In this document: positions 1-11,830 of the stretch, in pieces | Numbering within the stretch: the first letter of the stretch is position 1 | Layout of the letters: each line of letters begins with the position of its first letter | NCBI GenBank assembly: GCA_002269645.1 | Contig: NIVC01000544.1 | Span: 124,001-188,000 of the forward strand | Direction of reading: 5' to 3' | Length of the DNA stretch: 64,000 nt | Origin: Macrostomum lignano | Lineage: Eukaryota | The notes under the pieces: model-generated | The model's database searches: none | Told to the model about the DNA's origin: nothing | The model's input: the letters and a program-made list of their open reading frames with translations, nothing else | Made by a program: the position numbers and the translations under genes

Positions 1-199
1 GCTTTCTACAAGCAGACCCATTAAACCCTGTTTCACCTACTCCAAGCTGTCTCAGACTCGTTTTTTAAAAAAGAATAAAAGTAAGACTGAATGAAGATTG
101 CATGAAAACCCCAAATCCAGTGCGTGTGCATAGCCAGCAAGAAAGAGAAGGAGAAGGGCTAGGCCGATAAGCAAACAGTTAGGCTTTCCTCTTGCCCGC

Positions 200-445
200 T
201 TGTGTCTGACTTTGACCTCTCTCCTTACCTGCTCTCTCATTGGCTGAGACCGATTGGGCCTGCCCCCTAGGCTGAGTTTCGTCCGTCTTACTTAGAACTC
301 TCTCCTTACTGCTCTCTCATTGGCTGAGCTAGATTGGGGCTGCCCCGCCCCTAGGCTGAGTTTCGTCTGTCTGACTTTGACCTCTCTCCTTACCTGCTTC
401 TCATTGGCTGAGACCGATTGGGCCTGCCCCCTAGGCTGCGTTACT
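200..445. repeat. Three diverged copies of a ~80-bp unit
   Basis: CTCTCCTTAC(C)TGC...CATTGGCTGAG...GCCCC...TAGGCTG recurs near 219, 299 and 384. Confidence 0.8.
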
Positions 446-1096
446 TCCGTCTTGCGTTCACTTGTGTACATTGAGTTAAATGCTTTTTGTTCATTAATAA
501 CTCCTACGCTCCTGAGGCCAAAAAACCCAAGGAAAAGAAGATGGCAAATTTAAGTGACATTGGGCTGATACTGAAAGAAGTGTAGACACTAATATTTCAC
601 ACGTTGAATTGTGATTGTCACATATAGTTATTCCAGTATGTGAAGATCCAATAAACAGCACTTCTTAAAAAGCACGCGAGATCAGCCCCTTAGTATCCTA
701 AACTATAAACCAGACGAGTCAAATCTAATTGCTTTCTAGCTCTTCTCAAGAATTCTTTTTGATGCTCCATGGCGATATGAGTTGACAGCCTCGACAATTG
801 GCTTGATTTTACAGGCGTAGAAGATCAAAACTGACGTTTATAAGACTAAATTAAATGTTGCAATGGCAGACTTTGAGATCATAGAGAATTGAAATCAACC
901 CTTCGTCTCTTTTGCAAATCTGGCATGGATTAAATGTCATAATGCTACTGTGAATTGTTGACAAGTGTACATTTCTAATTTAAATCTGCTGGTTGAATAA
1001 CCAAACTTGCACTTCATCCAAAAAGGCAATTTCGCCTCCCCTAATCTGCAAGCAATTAGAAGGCGGATGATTGCTCCGTAAAGCTAGCCGTTCTAC

Positions 1097-1250
1097 CTGG
1101 AATACTGTCACCAGCGACCACATGATGCTGTCGAAGTTGGCCCTGTCACACTCGCAGTCCGTGTCAGGATCGGCGCGCTCTGAACAAGTGCACGTCGAGC
1201 CGTCGGGATGCCAGCAGAACTTACCACCAAACAGGGTCATGCCAAGGACG
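1097..1250 (-). CDS. Cav3: Cav3 domain II turret, mutually exclusive exon of 12b type (penta-cysteine)
   Basis: SVLGMTLFGGKFCWHPDGSTCTCSERADPDTDCECDRANFDSIMWSLVTVFQ; 154 nt, phase 2-0. The gene continues beyond the left edge of the window. Confidence 0.92.
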
Positions 1251-2167
1251 CTGAGATGGGCATAGCATAGAGTAAGGGGAGGATTGGATACGGGAGAGAT
1301 GTACATCAGTGCGGATGTCATGGCAACTGTGGACTTTACGTGAAAACAAACAACTTGCAATGACGAGCGGTGGAACTGTTTCTTTGGCGCAAAAACTGGG
1401 CATATTACTTATTAGTAGAGTATACTACAAAACATTTCTGTGGTAAACTACAAGATTACTGGAAAGCTGCCAAGAAGGCAGCAGCGTCTCAAAAGAAGTA
1501 AAATTTAGTGCGAAGTTGTGCTACAATTGCTACCAGTTTGCAAGCTACAGTAGTTGACAAGAGTTCGACAATACGCTAAATATTTACTAAAACGTTTCAC
1601 AAACGACCACGTAGTCAAAAATGGCTGCTATTAAAAATCTTTCCTAATTATCTGAAAAAATCGATAGTAAACTTATTATTCGATGTTATTTCAAAGAGAA
1701 GTTACACCGCTTTGTTTGATTTTAATAGTTGTTGAATAGAAAAGTCACTACAATACTACGAGCGTACATTGAGAACGTTTCATGCGGTGCAACATTAGGC
1801 TGAGTTAGTTCTATAACAGCCAAATTTTGATCTAAACAGCAATCTAGTCGCTTGAAGATTGCTTAAAAACATGAAAATATTTCATATGGATTATTAGTTT
1901 GATCATACTTCTCAAGTTTTTCAATCGCTTTTTCCCCAAAGCGACTAGGTTGCCGTACTTAATTGAACTACCAAAAGACGAACGAATAAAAAATGCACAC
2001 GAAACTGCAAGCGAGTATTATAGAAAAATTTAAAGACAAAAATATTGACAAAACAGCCTGTCAAAAAAGACACAGGCGCGCTGGCTTTAGTGTGGCGTGA
2101 CAACCCACCTAACCCCAGGAGCACTACCTGCTCATGTTCAGTCAGTCTCTGGAGCCACAAAGAATAC

Positions 2168-2285
2168 CTGAAAAACGGTGACAGTTGCCCACAGCAGGGT
2201 GTCAAAGTTCTGCCTTGCGCATCTGTAGTTGCCACGCGGTGTTGTACCGCAGAATTGACAGCCGAACAGACTCATGCCCAATATG
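2168..2285 (-). CDS. Cav3: Cav3 domain II turret, mutually exclusive exon of 12a type (tri-cysteine)
   Basis: [40 protein letters not shown]; 118 nt, phase 2-0; not in the ORF track. Confidence 0.9.
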
Positions 2286-3612
2286 CTGAAACATCGGGTT
2301 ATCGCGGCCCAATCATTACCGAATGAGCGCTAACATTACCAAGTGGACGCTATTAAAGTTGAGGCATGTTACAAAACTAACTGGAACTTCGTGATAGTTA
2401 TTCACTTGTCAGCTTGAAATTTTACGAGTAAACCAGAAATTTGGCAACTTTGGACGCATGTATCAGTGATATCGTACATGAAAGTCTAATGACCTGAAAA
2501 ATATGAATTGCAATTTTGGTCTATCAAGCAGATATTGCATGGCTCTTCTTTCTGCTTTCTATAGAAAAAGTTTCCCCGGAAGACTTCACAAAAAATGGCA
2601 CAAAAACACAGCCAAAGATAAAATATTTTAACGACAAAATTCTCGTCAATTTTAAAGCACACCTTTTACACCATTTTGATGCAAATCGAGATATTCGAAC
2701 TCAAAAACTTGGAAAAATGGGAAATCGGTAATAATGTAATTGTCAGCAAGTCGATGCGTCCGTAATGATGTCTGCGTCATTTTTAATTAAAGCAAAGCTG
2801 CATCAGATATTGTGAATATTCTACAAAGTAATTAGGAAACAGGAACTGCTTCGTGTTTCATTGACCCTCAGAGAATTAAACGCACGCAAACATCTCTTTA
2901 GTTCTGGCTTTCATCGTCAGGACAGCTCGCGATGACAAGCGGGACGGCTGGGGAAGAGAAAGAGGGGATGATCTGGAGAAACCATGCGGAACAAATTCCA
3001 GTTAGCCTTTGCCTTGCCGTTGCTCTGACCCTGCAGTTGTCTCCGAGATGCTCGGCAACCCCTCCTGCCCTTTTCTATCGCGTTATGGATGCTTGATCTA
3101 CGGCTCGTATTTGAAAAAGTGCATACTCGGCCTTCTCTCCTTTTCTCTCATCCTCCATTCCCTGCTCAATCCCGGGGATTAAATCTGCTGTAGTAAGAAG
3201 GGTTGCGGCGAGCGATTTCCAGCAAAGATCATGAACAGATTGCCAGACCAAACGAGCAATCTCTCAATCAGGCACAGGCCAATTACGGACGCTTCTTCGT
3301 TTGTTATTCTTTTTTCTAAATGTTTGAGCAAAAACTTTGTGTTTAGCAAATCGAGCTGAGCCAACTATAGCAGAAGCAATGCAATTCTAGAGTAGCAAAT
3401 AATTGACTTTCAATTCGAAAATCAACGATAAAGTACTTGGAAATTTATGCTATTCATTCGGGGAAAAACGCTCATTTAAACAAATCAGAGTTACTTCATC
3501 AGTAGGTCATGAAAAAAGTAATATGTTTACAGTTATTGTACGCATAAACATACATGTAATTTATGATGAAAAAAACAATGAAAATATTATGATTAAATAG
3601 TTTTTCACTTAC

Positions 3613-3798
3613 CTAAATATGAAGATAAACAGCACTAGCAATGCAAAGAACGTAGCAACATTATCCATAGTCTTGAGCATGACGAATAGCTGTTGTCGCA
3701 AAGCCGGCAGAAATCTCACCAGCTTGAGTATTCGAAGCAGACGGAAGGTGCGCAGTACCGATAGGCCGCTGCCGTGACCTTGCAGAAGCTCGAAACCG
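3613..3798 (-). CDS. Cav3: Cav3 exon (IIS4-IIS5)
   Basis: [52 protein letters not shown]; GTAAGT donor. Confidence 0.95.
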
Positions 3799-4190
3799 CT
3801 GCGAAAAATGTTTAAACCAGTGTGAATTAAATCTTATCTGTGTGGGTGTAGGAGCATATAGCTATACATGTAACTACTCAACAAGTATTGCATAATGCTA
3901 CAATTGGTAGTTTGTCTGTAGGTTAAAGTTTCGTAGTATGGTTTTAAATATAAGTTTCTATAGTAGATGGATCTAAATGTATATGGAGGGGCAGAGCAGC
4001 GTATGTGTCTGATTCTCGCGCCACACGACCCCAGCCTGACCGCGACTAACAACCCTCATGACAGTATCTATTTATATTTAGAACATTTACGAAATTTTAT
4101 AGGTAAGTGATATCTCAATAGGCACACTGTTAATAACAATTCATGTTTATTCAATTTGTAAATAAAGAAACGATTAAACTAGCTACTCAC

Positions 4191-4342
4191 CTCAGAATAA
4201 CAATGGACGCATCGAAGACGTTGAATCCGCTGCTGACATAGTCAATGAGACCATCGCCAAGCAGTTTGAGCAGCATCTCTAGAGCAAATACGCCACAAAA
4301 GAACACGTTGCTGTACTCAATGATGTCCGTGAGCGTTTGCGG
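4191..4342 (-). CDS. Cav3: Cav3 exon (IIS2-IIS3)
   Basis: PQTLTDIIEYSNVFFCGVFALEMLLKLLGDGLIDYVSSGFNVFDASIVIL; GTGAGT donor. Confidence 0.95.
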
Positions 4343-4418
4343 CTGAATATTGAGTAGTTTTATTGAGAAAGTTGTGAATTTGTTTCCGTTATTATAACTG
4401 TACGGATTTTTTGCTTAC

Positions 4419-4540
4419 CTGGTTGTGAAACTCGATGCCCATGCTCATAGTGTTGATGAGTATGGCAATTAGAATCCCTCGTTGAAAAAATCTGTGATCA
4501 ATGAGCTGCTTAACCTGACGTCGGATTGTCTTCCAAAATG
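4419..4540 (-). CDS. Cav3: Cav3 exon (IIS1)
   Basis: FWKTIRRQVKQLIDHRFFQRGILIAILINTLSMGIEFHNQ; GTAAGC donor. Confidence 0.95.
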
Positions 4541-4689
4541 CTGGAAAAAGTTTCAGAATTGCCCATTGGTTCTTAAGTCAGGTACAGTTAAACTACTGTT
4601 ATAAACCCTGCTATCACTTTCTCGAAATGGATAACTCTGTATTTATTTGGACAAAAATCTGTGTTTTAAAAAGTTTTTGCACGTGTCCT

Positions 4690-6760
4690 AAAGTGGCCAG
4701 TTGTGTCTTTGAGTGGTCAGTTGTGTCTTGGAGTGGCCATTTGTGCCTTGAAGTGGTCAGTTGTGTCTTGGAGTGGTCAGTTGTGTCTTGGAGTGGTCAG
4801 TTGTGTCTTGTAGTGGTCAGTTGTGTCTTGAAGTGGTCAGTTGTGTCTTGGAGTGGTCAGTTGTGCCTTGAAGTGGTCAGTTGTGTCCTGGAGTGGTCAG
4901 TTGTGTCTTGTAGTGGTCAGTTGTGTCTTGGAGTGGTCAGTTGTGTCTTGGAGTGGTCAGTTGTGTCTTGGAGTGGTCAGTTGTGTCTTGGAGTGGTCAG
5001 TTGTGTCTTGGAGTGGTCAGTTGTGTCTTGGAGTGGTCAGTTGTGTCTTGGAGTTTTCAGTTGTGTCTTGGAGTGGTCAGTTGTTTCTTGGAGTGGTCAG
5101 TTGTTTCTTGGAGTGGTCAGTTGTGTCTTGGAGTGGTCAGTTGTGTCTTGGAGTGGTCAGTTGTGTCTTGGAGTGGTCAGTTGTGTCTTGGAGTTTTCAG
5201 TTGTGTCTTGGAGTGGTCAGTTGTTTCTTGGAGTGGTCAGTTGTTTCTTGGAGTGGTCAGTTGTGTCTTGGAGTGGTCAGTTGTGTCTTGGAGTGGTCAG
5301 TTGTGTCTTGGAGTGGTCAGTTGTGTCTTGGAGTGGTCAGTTGTGTCTTGGAGTGGTCAGTTGTGTCTTGGAGTGGTCAGTTGTGTCTTGTAGTGGTCAG
5401 TTGTGTCTTGGAGTGGTCAGTTGTGTCTTGGAGTTTTCAGTTGTGTCTTGGAGTGGTCAGTTGTGTCTTGGAGTGGTCAGTTGTGTCTTGGAGTGGTCAG
5501 TTGTGTCTTGGAGTGGTCAGTTGTGTCTTGGAGTGGTCAATTGTGTCTTGTAGTGGTCAGTTATGTCTTGGAGTTTTCAGTTGTGTCTTGGAGTGGTCAG
5601 TTGTGTCTTGGAGTGGTCAGTTGTGTCTTGTAGTGGTCAGTTATGTCTTGGAGTTTTCAGTTGTGTCTTGGAGTGGTCAGTTGTGTCTTGGAGTGGTCAG
5701 TTGTGTCTTGGAGTTTTCAGTTGTGTCTTGGAGTGGTCAGTTGTGTCTTGGAGTGGTCAGTTGTGTCTTGGAGTGGTCAGTTGTGTCTTGGAGTGGTCAG
5801 TTGTGTCTTGGAGTGGTCAGTTGTGTCTTGGAGTGGTCAGTTGTGTCTTGGAGTGGTCAGTTGTGTCTTGGAGTGGTCAGTTGTGTCTTGGAGTGGTCAG
5901 TTGTGTCTTGGAGTGGTCAGTTGTGTCTTGTAGTGGTCAGTTGTGTCTTGGAGTGGTCAGTTGTGTCTTGGAGTTTTCAGTTGTGTCTTGGAGTGGTCAG
6001 TTGTGTCTTGGAGTGGTCAGTTGTGTCTTGGAGTGGTCAGTTGTGTCTTGGAGTGGTCAGTTGTGTCTTGGAGTGGTCAATTGTGTCTTGTAGTGGTCAG
6101 TTATGTCTTGGAGTTTTCAGTTGTGTCTTGGAGTGGTCAGTTGTGTCTTGGAGTGGTCAGTTGTGTCTTGTAGTGGTCAGTTATGTCTTGGAGTTTTCAG
6201 TTGTGTCTTGGAGTGGTCAGTTGTGTCTTGGAGTGGTCAGTTGTGTCTTGGAGTGGTCAGTTGTGTCTTGGAGTTTTCAGTTGTGTCTTGGAGTGGTCAG
6301 TTGTGTCTTGGAGTGGTCAGTTGTGTCTTGGAGTGGTCAGTTGTGTCTTGGAGTGGTCAGTTATGTCTTGGAGTTTTCAGTTGTGTCTTGGAGTGGTCAG
6401 TTGTGTCTTGGAGTGGTCAGTTGTGTCTTGGAGTGGTCAATTGTGTCTTGTAGTGGTCAGTTATGTCTTGGAGTTTTCAGTTGTGTCTTGGAGTGGTCAG
6501 TTGTGTCTTGGAGTGGTCAGTTGTGTCTTGTAGTGGTCAGTTATGTCTTGGAGTTTTCAGTTGTGTCTTGGAGTGGTCAGTTGTGTCTTGGAGTGGTCAG
6601 TTGTGTCTTGGAGTGGTCAGTTGTGTTTTAAAGTGGACATCTGTGCCTTGATTGGGCATCTGTGCATTGAAGCGGACATTTATGTCTTGAAGTGGACATT
6701 TGTATTATAAAGTGGACATGTGTCTTGAAGTGGACACCTGTGTTTTGAAGTGGACTTCTT
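4690..6760. repeat. 20-bp minisatellite GAGTGGTCAGTTGTGTCTTG
   Basis: Visible periodicity, degenerating at both edges. Confidence 0.97.
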
Positions 6761-6880
6761 CTATAAGCAATCTCGATCATGTCTTTAGGTGGTAACCAGT
6801 TTCTGTCAGCAGGTAGACAGGCCAAGGGGCATGCTAGCTGCACTGGTAAGGGTAAAATTACAGTGCCCAATCAGGCTCAC

Positions 6881-6967
6881 AGGTAAGCAGATTGCCGCTC
6901 GACCTCAGCCGGCCTAGAGGAGCTCGAGACAAGCGGCCCAGCAGTTTCTCAGTTTGCGGTGCTGCAG
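6881..6967 (-). CDS. Cav3: Candidate 87-nt cassette exon, Cav3 I-II linker
   Basis: TTGCAG acceptor and GTGAGC donor, phase 1-1, open frame AAPQTEKLLGRLSRAPLGRLRSSGNLLT. No homology support. Confidence 0.4.
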
Positions 6968-7544
6968 CTGCAAGTGAATCGAATTAAATAATTGACGTCA
7001 TTTGGCCTTTTCGAGTACTTTTCAACTCGAATTAGTTCGAAAAGAAATAACATATTTGTGTAGCCAGAGATCCTTTGGATATCAAAACATTTCGTTTGAG
7101 CCTATAGTTGCTAAGAATAAATGACAATTTTTTAATTAGCCCATGATGTCTTTACCTCACCTGCCTTCTCCTACCTCTCCTGATCTCTTCTAGTATCTCA
7201 TCTTAATTGCTTCTTTTTTCAGATTGAACGAACGCATGCAAGTCTAAGATCGACTCTAACTGCTTTTTTGCCACCTGAGCAAGCAATTAATTGCCAATCA
7301 GCTAAAAATGCCCAGAAAAACGAATTGCGAACCACTCAAGTACATGTGGAAGGAAGCCCATTCAGTTGGGACTTGCGTGCCCAAAAATTGGCCCGGAGGG
7401 GGTTTTTGGAGGTTGTAAAAAAGACTACAGTTATGTACGTGCCCGACGATTAGAAAGTTAGGAACCGCCGTACATCCTGAGGGAGCGTGTGTTTGCTTGC
7501 CTTGATTTGCAGTAGTGCCACAGCCCCACCATATTACGAGAGCA

Positions 7545-7935
7545 ACTGAGGATCTGGGAGGCTGGCCTAGCAACTGAGAACCTGGGAAGCTGGCCCAGCA
7601 ACTGACACTCTGGGAGGCTGGCCCAGCAACTGATTATCTGGGAGGCTGGCCTAGCAACTGAGGATCTGGGAGGCTGGCCCAGCAACTGAGGATCTGGGAG
7701 GCTGGCCCAGCAACTGATGATCTGGGAGGCTGGCCCAGCAACTGAGGATCTGGGAGGCTGGCCCAGCAACTGAGGATCTGGGAGGCTGGCCCAGCAACTG
7801 AGGATCTGGGAGGCTGGCCCAGCAACTGAGGATCTGGGAGGCTGGCCCAGCAACTGATGATCTGGGAGGCTGGCCCAGCAACTGAGGATCTGGGAGGCTG
7901 GCCCAGCAACTGAGGATCTGGGAGGCTGGCCCAGC
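7545..7935. repeat. 28-bp minisatellite GCAACTGAGGATCTGGGAGGCTGGCCCA
   Basis: Tandem copies; same unit as 34500-35205. Confidence 0.97.
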
Positions 7936-7969
7936 TCGGATCTAACAGCACTTGCAGAGCAACGCTCAC

Positions 7970-8512
7970 CTGTCATCTCTCGTGCCGCAATTGAGGAAGA
8001 GATGGAGGACCAGTGCGCCAGCCGCCAGCCGGGGAACAGGTCGGACTCCCGGTAGCCCGCCAGCAGCGACCGGCAGTTCAAGCTGGACCTAGCTGACTCG
8101 TTCCTGCGACACCGGCAGTCGGAGTTGTTCCAAGACGACCGTCGGCTACCCTGAGCGTCGTTTACCGACAGCGCCTGATGCGTCTGCAGGTGCGGCGGAG
8201 GCTGCAACGACACGCGTCTTGCAGTTGCAACCGCAGCCGATGCCGCCGATGCGCTTGTCGACTCTTCGTCCACAAAATCGGAAGAAACTTCGGGACTGGC
8301 GCGTGGCGGCGACAGCTGCTGACGAAATGTAACGGCTTCGTTCCGTTGCTGGCACTCGCGACAGCCAAACCGGTACAGGGGAGGCCGGCCTCCAGCCGTC
8401 ATCGTTTCGCCCGCCTCCAGCACCGCAGTCGCCGATACGACGGTCGCATTCGCGCCTCGCTGACGTTGAAACTCTTGATAGCGCCTACGAAGACCTCGTC
8501 GTAGCCGACGAA
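7970..8512 (-). CDS. Cav3: Cav3 I-II linker region (one exon with a frame break, or two exons)
   Basis: Starts VRRLRRGLRRRYQEFQ (gating-brake helix). The conserved PRASPE motif lies in another frame. GTGAGC donor at 7969. Confidence 0.6.
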
Positions 8513-8596
8513 CCTAAACTCGTAATGATTTGAGTTTTCATCTGAGTTGGGCGCATGAAATCAAGTTGAATGAAAAACCTGTAAGATTGTGCGAAC

Positions 8597-8782
8597 CTGT
8601 CTAATTAACAGTTTCACGATCTGGCCATAGCAGGATCCCGGATCCGCCGAGCTGGGCAAGCTGGACGTCGACTTGAAGCGCTTTCGCTCCTGAAGCATCT
8701 TTTCGACTTCGCGTTTCTTAGTCTCGGAGAATTGCGTAGCTATGACAACCAGGCAGAGGTTGATCATAAAGAAGGAGCCAAT
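8597..8782 (-). CDS. Cav3: Cav3 exon (distal IS6 and first half of the gating brake)
   Basis: [25 protein letters not shown]...[15 protein letters not shown]; phase 0-0. Confidence 0.95.
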
Positions 8783-8825
8783 CTAAAAAAAGGAGTTGCC
8801 AATGCCGATTCTGGCTGTTAATAGA

Positions 8826-9860
8826 GTCAGACAGACAGACAGACAGGCAGGCAGGCAGGCAGGCAGGCAGACAGACAGACAGACACTAAGACAGGCACTA
8901 AGACAGGCACTAAGACCGACACTAGGACAGACACTAAGACAGACACTAAGAAAGACACTAAGACAGACACTAAGACAGACACTAAGACAGGCACTAAGAC
9001 AGACACTAAGACAGACACTAAGACAGGCACTAAGACAGGCACTATGACAGGCACTAAGACAGGCACTAAGACAGGCACTAAGACAGGCACTAAGACAGGC
9101 ACTAAGACAGGCACTAAGACAGGCACTATGACAGGCACTATGACAGGCACTAAGACAGGCACTAAGACACTAAAAGAAACACTAAGACAGGCACTAAGAC
9201 CGACACTAGGACAGACACTAAGAAAGACACTAAGACAGACACTAAGAAAGACACTAAGACAGACACTAAGACAGACACTAAGACAGACACTAAGACACTA
9301 AAAGAAACACTAAGACAGGCACTAAGACCGACACTAGGACAGACACTAAGAAAGACACTAAGACAGACACTAAGACAGACACTAAGACAGGCACTAAGAC
9401 AGGCACTAAGACAGGCACTAAGACAGACACTAAGACAGACACTAAGACAGGCACTAAGACAGGCACTAAGACAGGCACTAAGACAGGCACTAAGACAGGC
9501 ACTAAGACAGGCACTAAGACAGGCACTATGACAGGCACTAAGACAGGCACTAAGACAGGCACTAAGACAGGCACTAAGACAGACACTAAGACAGGCACTA
9601 AGACAGGCACTAAGACAGGCACTAAGACAGGCACTATGACAGACAGACAGACACTAAGAGAAACACTAAGACAGGCACCAAGACAGGCACTAAGAGAAAC
9701 ACTAGGACCGGCACTAAGACAGACACTAAGACAGGCACTAAGACAGGCACTAAGACAGGCACTAAGACAGGCACTAAGACAGGCACTAAGACAGACACTA
9801 AGACAGGCACCAAGACAGGCACTAAGAGAAACACTAGGACCGGCACTAAGACAGACACGA
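8826..9860. repeat. (ACAG)n plus 12-bp minisatellite CACTAAGACAGG/A
   Basis: Tandem copies; reverse complement of 22445-22950. Confidence 0.97.
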
Positions 9861-10564
9861 AAACAAACATTACCCTCATTCGAACTGAACTCATCAACTA
9901 TTGATAATCTTCATAATCCTCATATTGAATTCCTCCAGAAAGAAAATACGCACACACAAAGCGCACGCGCGTGACCAAAACTTGTTTCGGCTCAGCTTGC
10001 CATCGAATAGCTTAGCGGCGGCTCAGCCCAGCTCTGCAGCAGCTGTGCTGGGAGATGTCTTTATATTGATCTGGTCTAAAATGAGCTACCCAGGCCCGGC
10101 GCAGAGCCGGCAGAGTTGGTGCGCGCAGTTCCCCCAGGAATTGATTCCCGAGAGGGTGCATCATCGGACCTCCACCCCCCATATAGCTGCTCGAGAGACA
10201 TTAACTGTAGCCTTTGATGGAAGCCCACGTGTTAGGTGTTAGGCCAAGATAAATGACAACGCGCATTGATAAAACACTCCGTGATGCCGAGCCGAACTAT
10301 CAGAGTAGTGGAAAATATTTGTATCGCATGGATGCCAGCCGGGTGGATGAGATCAACACTTAGTCCGTTGGAAATGTTTTTCCTGTGCTCGTTCACCACT
10401 GGATGCTAAACATAGCTACTTGAAGTTTTCTGAGTGACTAAAATTCTCTGAATCACTTAGAATAATATCAAGCCGACTAATTAAATCAATTTATTAATTA
10501 TTACTCACTACAATTAGCGAAACAAACTAGATGTCAACATTATAACAAAAATCCGACAACCAAC

Positions 10565-10883
10565 CTGAAAGATGGCAACCCAGGCAAATCCAATGTTGTC
10601 AAAGTTGATTGATCCCATATAGGGATTACTGACGCTCGCATTGCACACCGAGTAGTACTGGTTCCAGTTGACGCAGCTGTCGTTTGTAGGCAGATTGTCG
10701 CCGAATGGGTCGGCAGTTCGATTGCAGACCATGTAGGACTCAGTGGACAGCCACATCACAGTAGGATTGATCTGGTCGCATGTTTGAATTCCATTGGCGT
10801 CGTTCAAGGTGCAGATGAAATCTTTTGGCGCAACTAGGCTGTCTACACTGCTGTTGAGCTGGTAGTATTCGGTGAGGTTTAGA
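10565..10883 (-). CDS. Cav3: Cav3 exon 5 (domain I extracellular turret to pore helix)
   Basis: LNLTEYYQ...DFIC...CVNWNQYYSVC...NPYMGSINFDNIGFAWVAIFQ; ends in phase 0. Confidence 0.95.
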
Positions 10884-10929
10884 CTGCAAATTGTGAGGTA
10901 GTTTATGTTGCAGATTACAGATGTTCATG

Positions 10930-11830
10930 CCTACGAAACAGGTAGATGATTCTGTCTAACAGGTAGCTGATTGTGTCTAACAGGTAGATGATTCTGTCTA
11001 ACAGGTAGATGATTGTGTCTAACAGGTAGATGATTGTGTCTAACAGGTAGATGATTGTGTCTAACAGGTAGATGATTGTGTCTAACAGGTAGATGATTGT
11101 GTCTAACAGGTAGATGATTGTGTCTAACACGTAGATGATTGTGTCTAACAGGTAGATGATTGTGTCTAACAGGTAGATGATTGTGTAACAGGTAGATGAT
11201 TGTGTAACAGGTAGATGATTCTGTCTAACAGGTAGATGATTGTGTCTAACAGGTAGATGATTGTGTCTAACAGGTAGATGATTCTGTCTAACAGGTAGAT
11301 TATTGTGTCTAACAGGTAGATGATTGTGTAACAGGTAGATTATTGTGTAACAGGTAGATGATTCTGTCTAACAGGTAGATGATTGTGTCTAACAGGTAGA
11401 TGATTGTGTAACAGGTAGATTATTGTGTAACAGGTAGATGATTGTGTCTAACAGGTAGATGATTGTGTCTAACAGGTAGATGATTGTGTAACAGGTAGAT
11501 GATTCTGTCTAACAGGTAGATTATTGTGTCTAACAGGTAGATGATTGTGTCTAACAGGTAGATTATCGTGTCTAACAGGTAGATGATTGTGTCTAACAGG
11601 TAGATGATTGTGTCTAACAGGTAGATGATTGTGTCTAACAGGTAGATGATTGTGTCTAACAGGTAGATGATTCTGTCTAACAGGTAGATGATTGTGTCTA
11701 ACAGGTAGATGATTGTGTCTAACAGGTAGATGATTGTGTCTAACAGGTAGATGATTGTGTCTAACAGGTAGATGATTGTGTCTAACAGGTAGATGATTGT
11801 GTCTAACAGGTAGATGACTGTGTCTAACAT
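10930..11830. repeat. 21-bp minisatellite AACAGGTAGATGATTGTGTCT
   Basis: Visible tandem copies. Confidence 0.97.

Noticed and set aside
2880-3364. Additional turret exon or ORF in the Cav3 intron
   Set aside because: No LGM.LFG motif and frames are interrupted by stops.
4627-6651. Long repetitive ORFs (up to 596 aa)
   Set aside because: Translations of a 20-bp satellite lacking stop codons, inside a Cav3 intron. The same applies to ORFs over the other arrays (8796-9974, 10915-11830, 13017-15738, 22456-23109, 26147-26659, 32204-33101, 44168-44746, 50422-51379, 53951-55192, 55855-56562).
10090-10206. AG followed by LMSLEQLYGGW as the missing pore exon
   Set aside because: Spacing does not fit LEGW, there is no hydrophobic S6 half, and the frame stops without a phase-0 donor.
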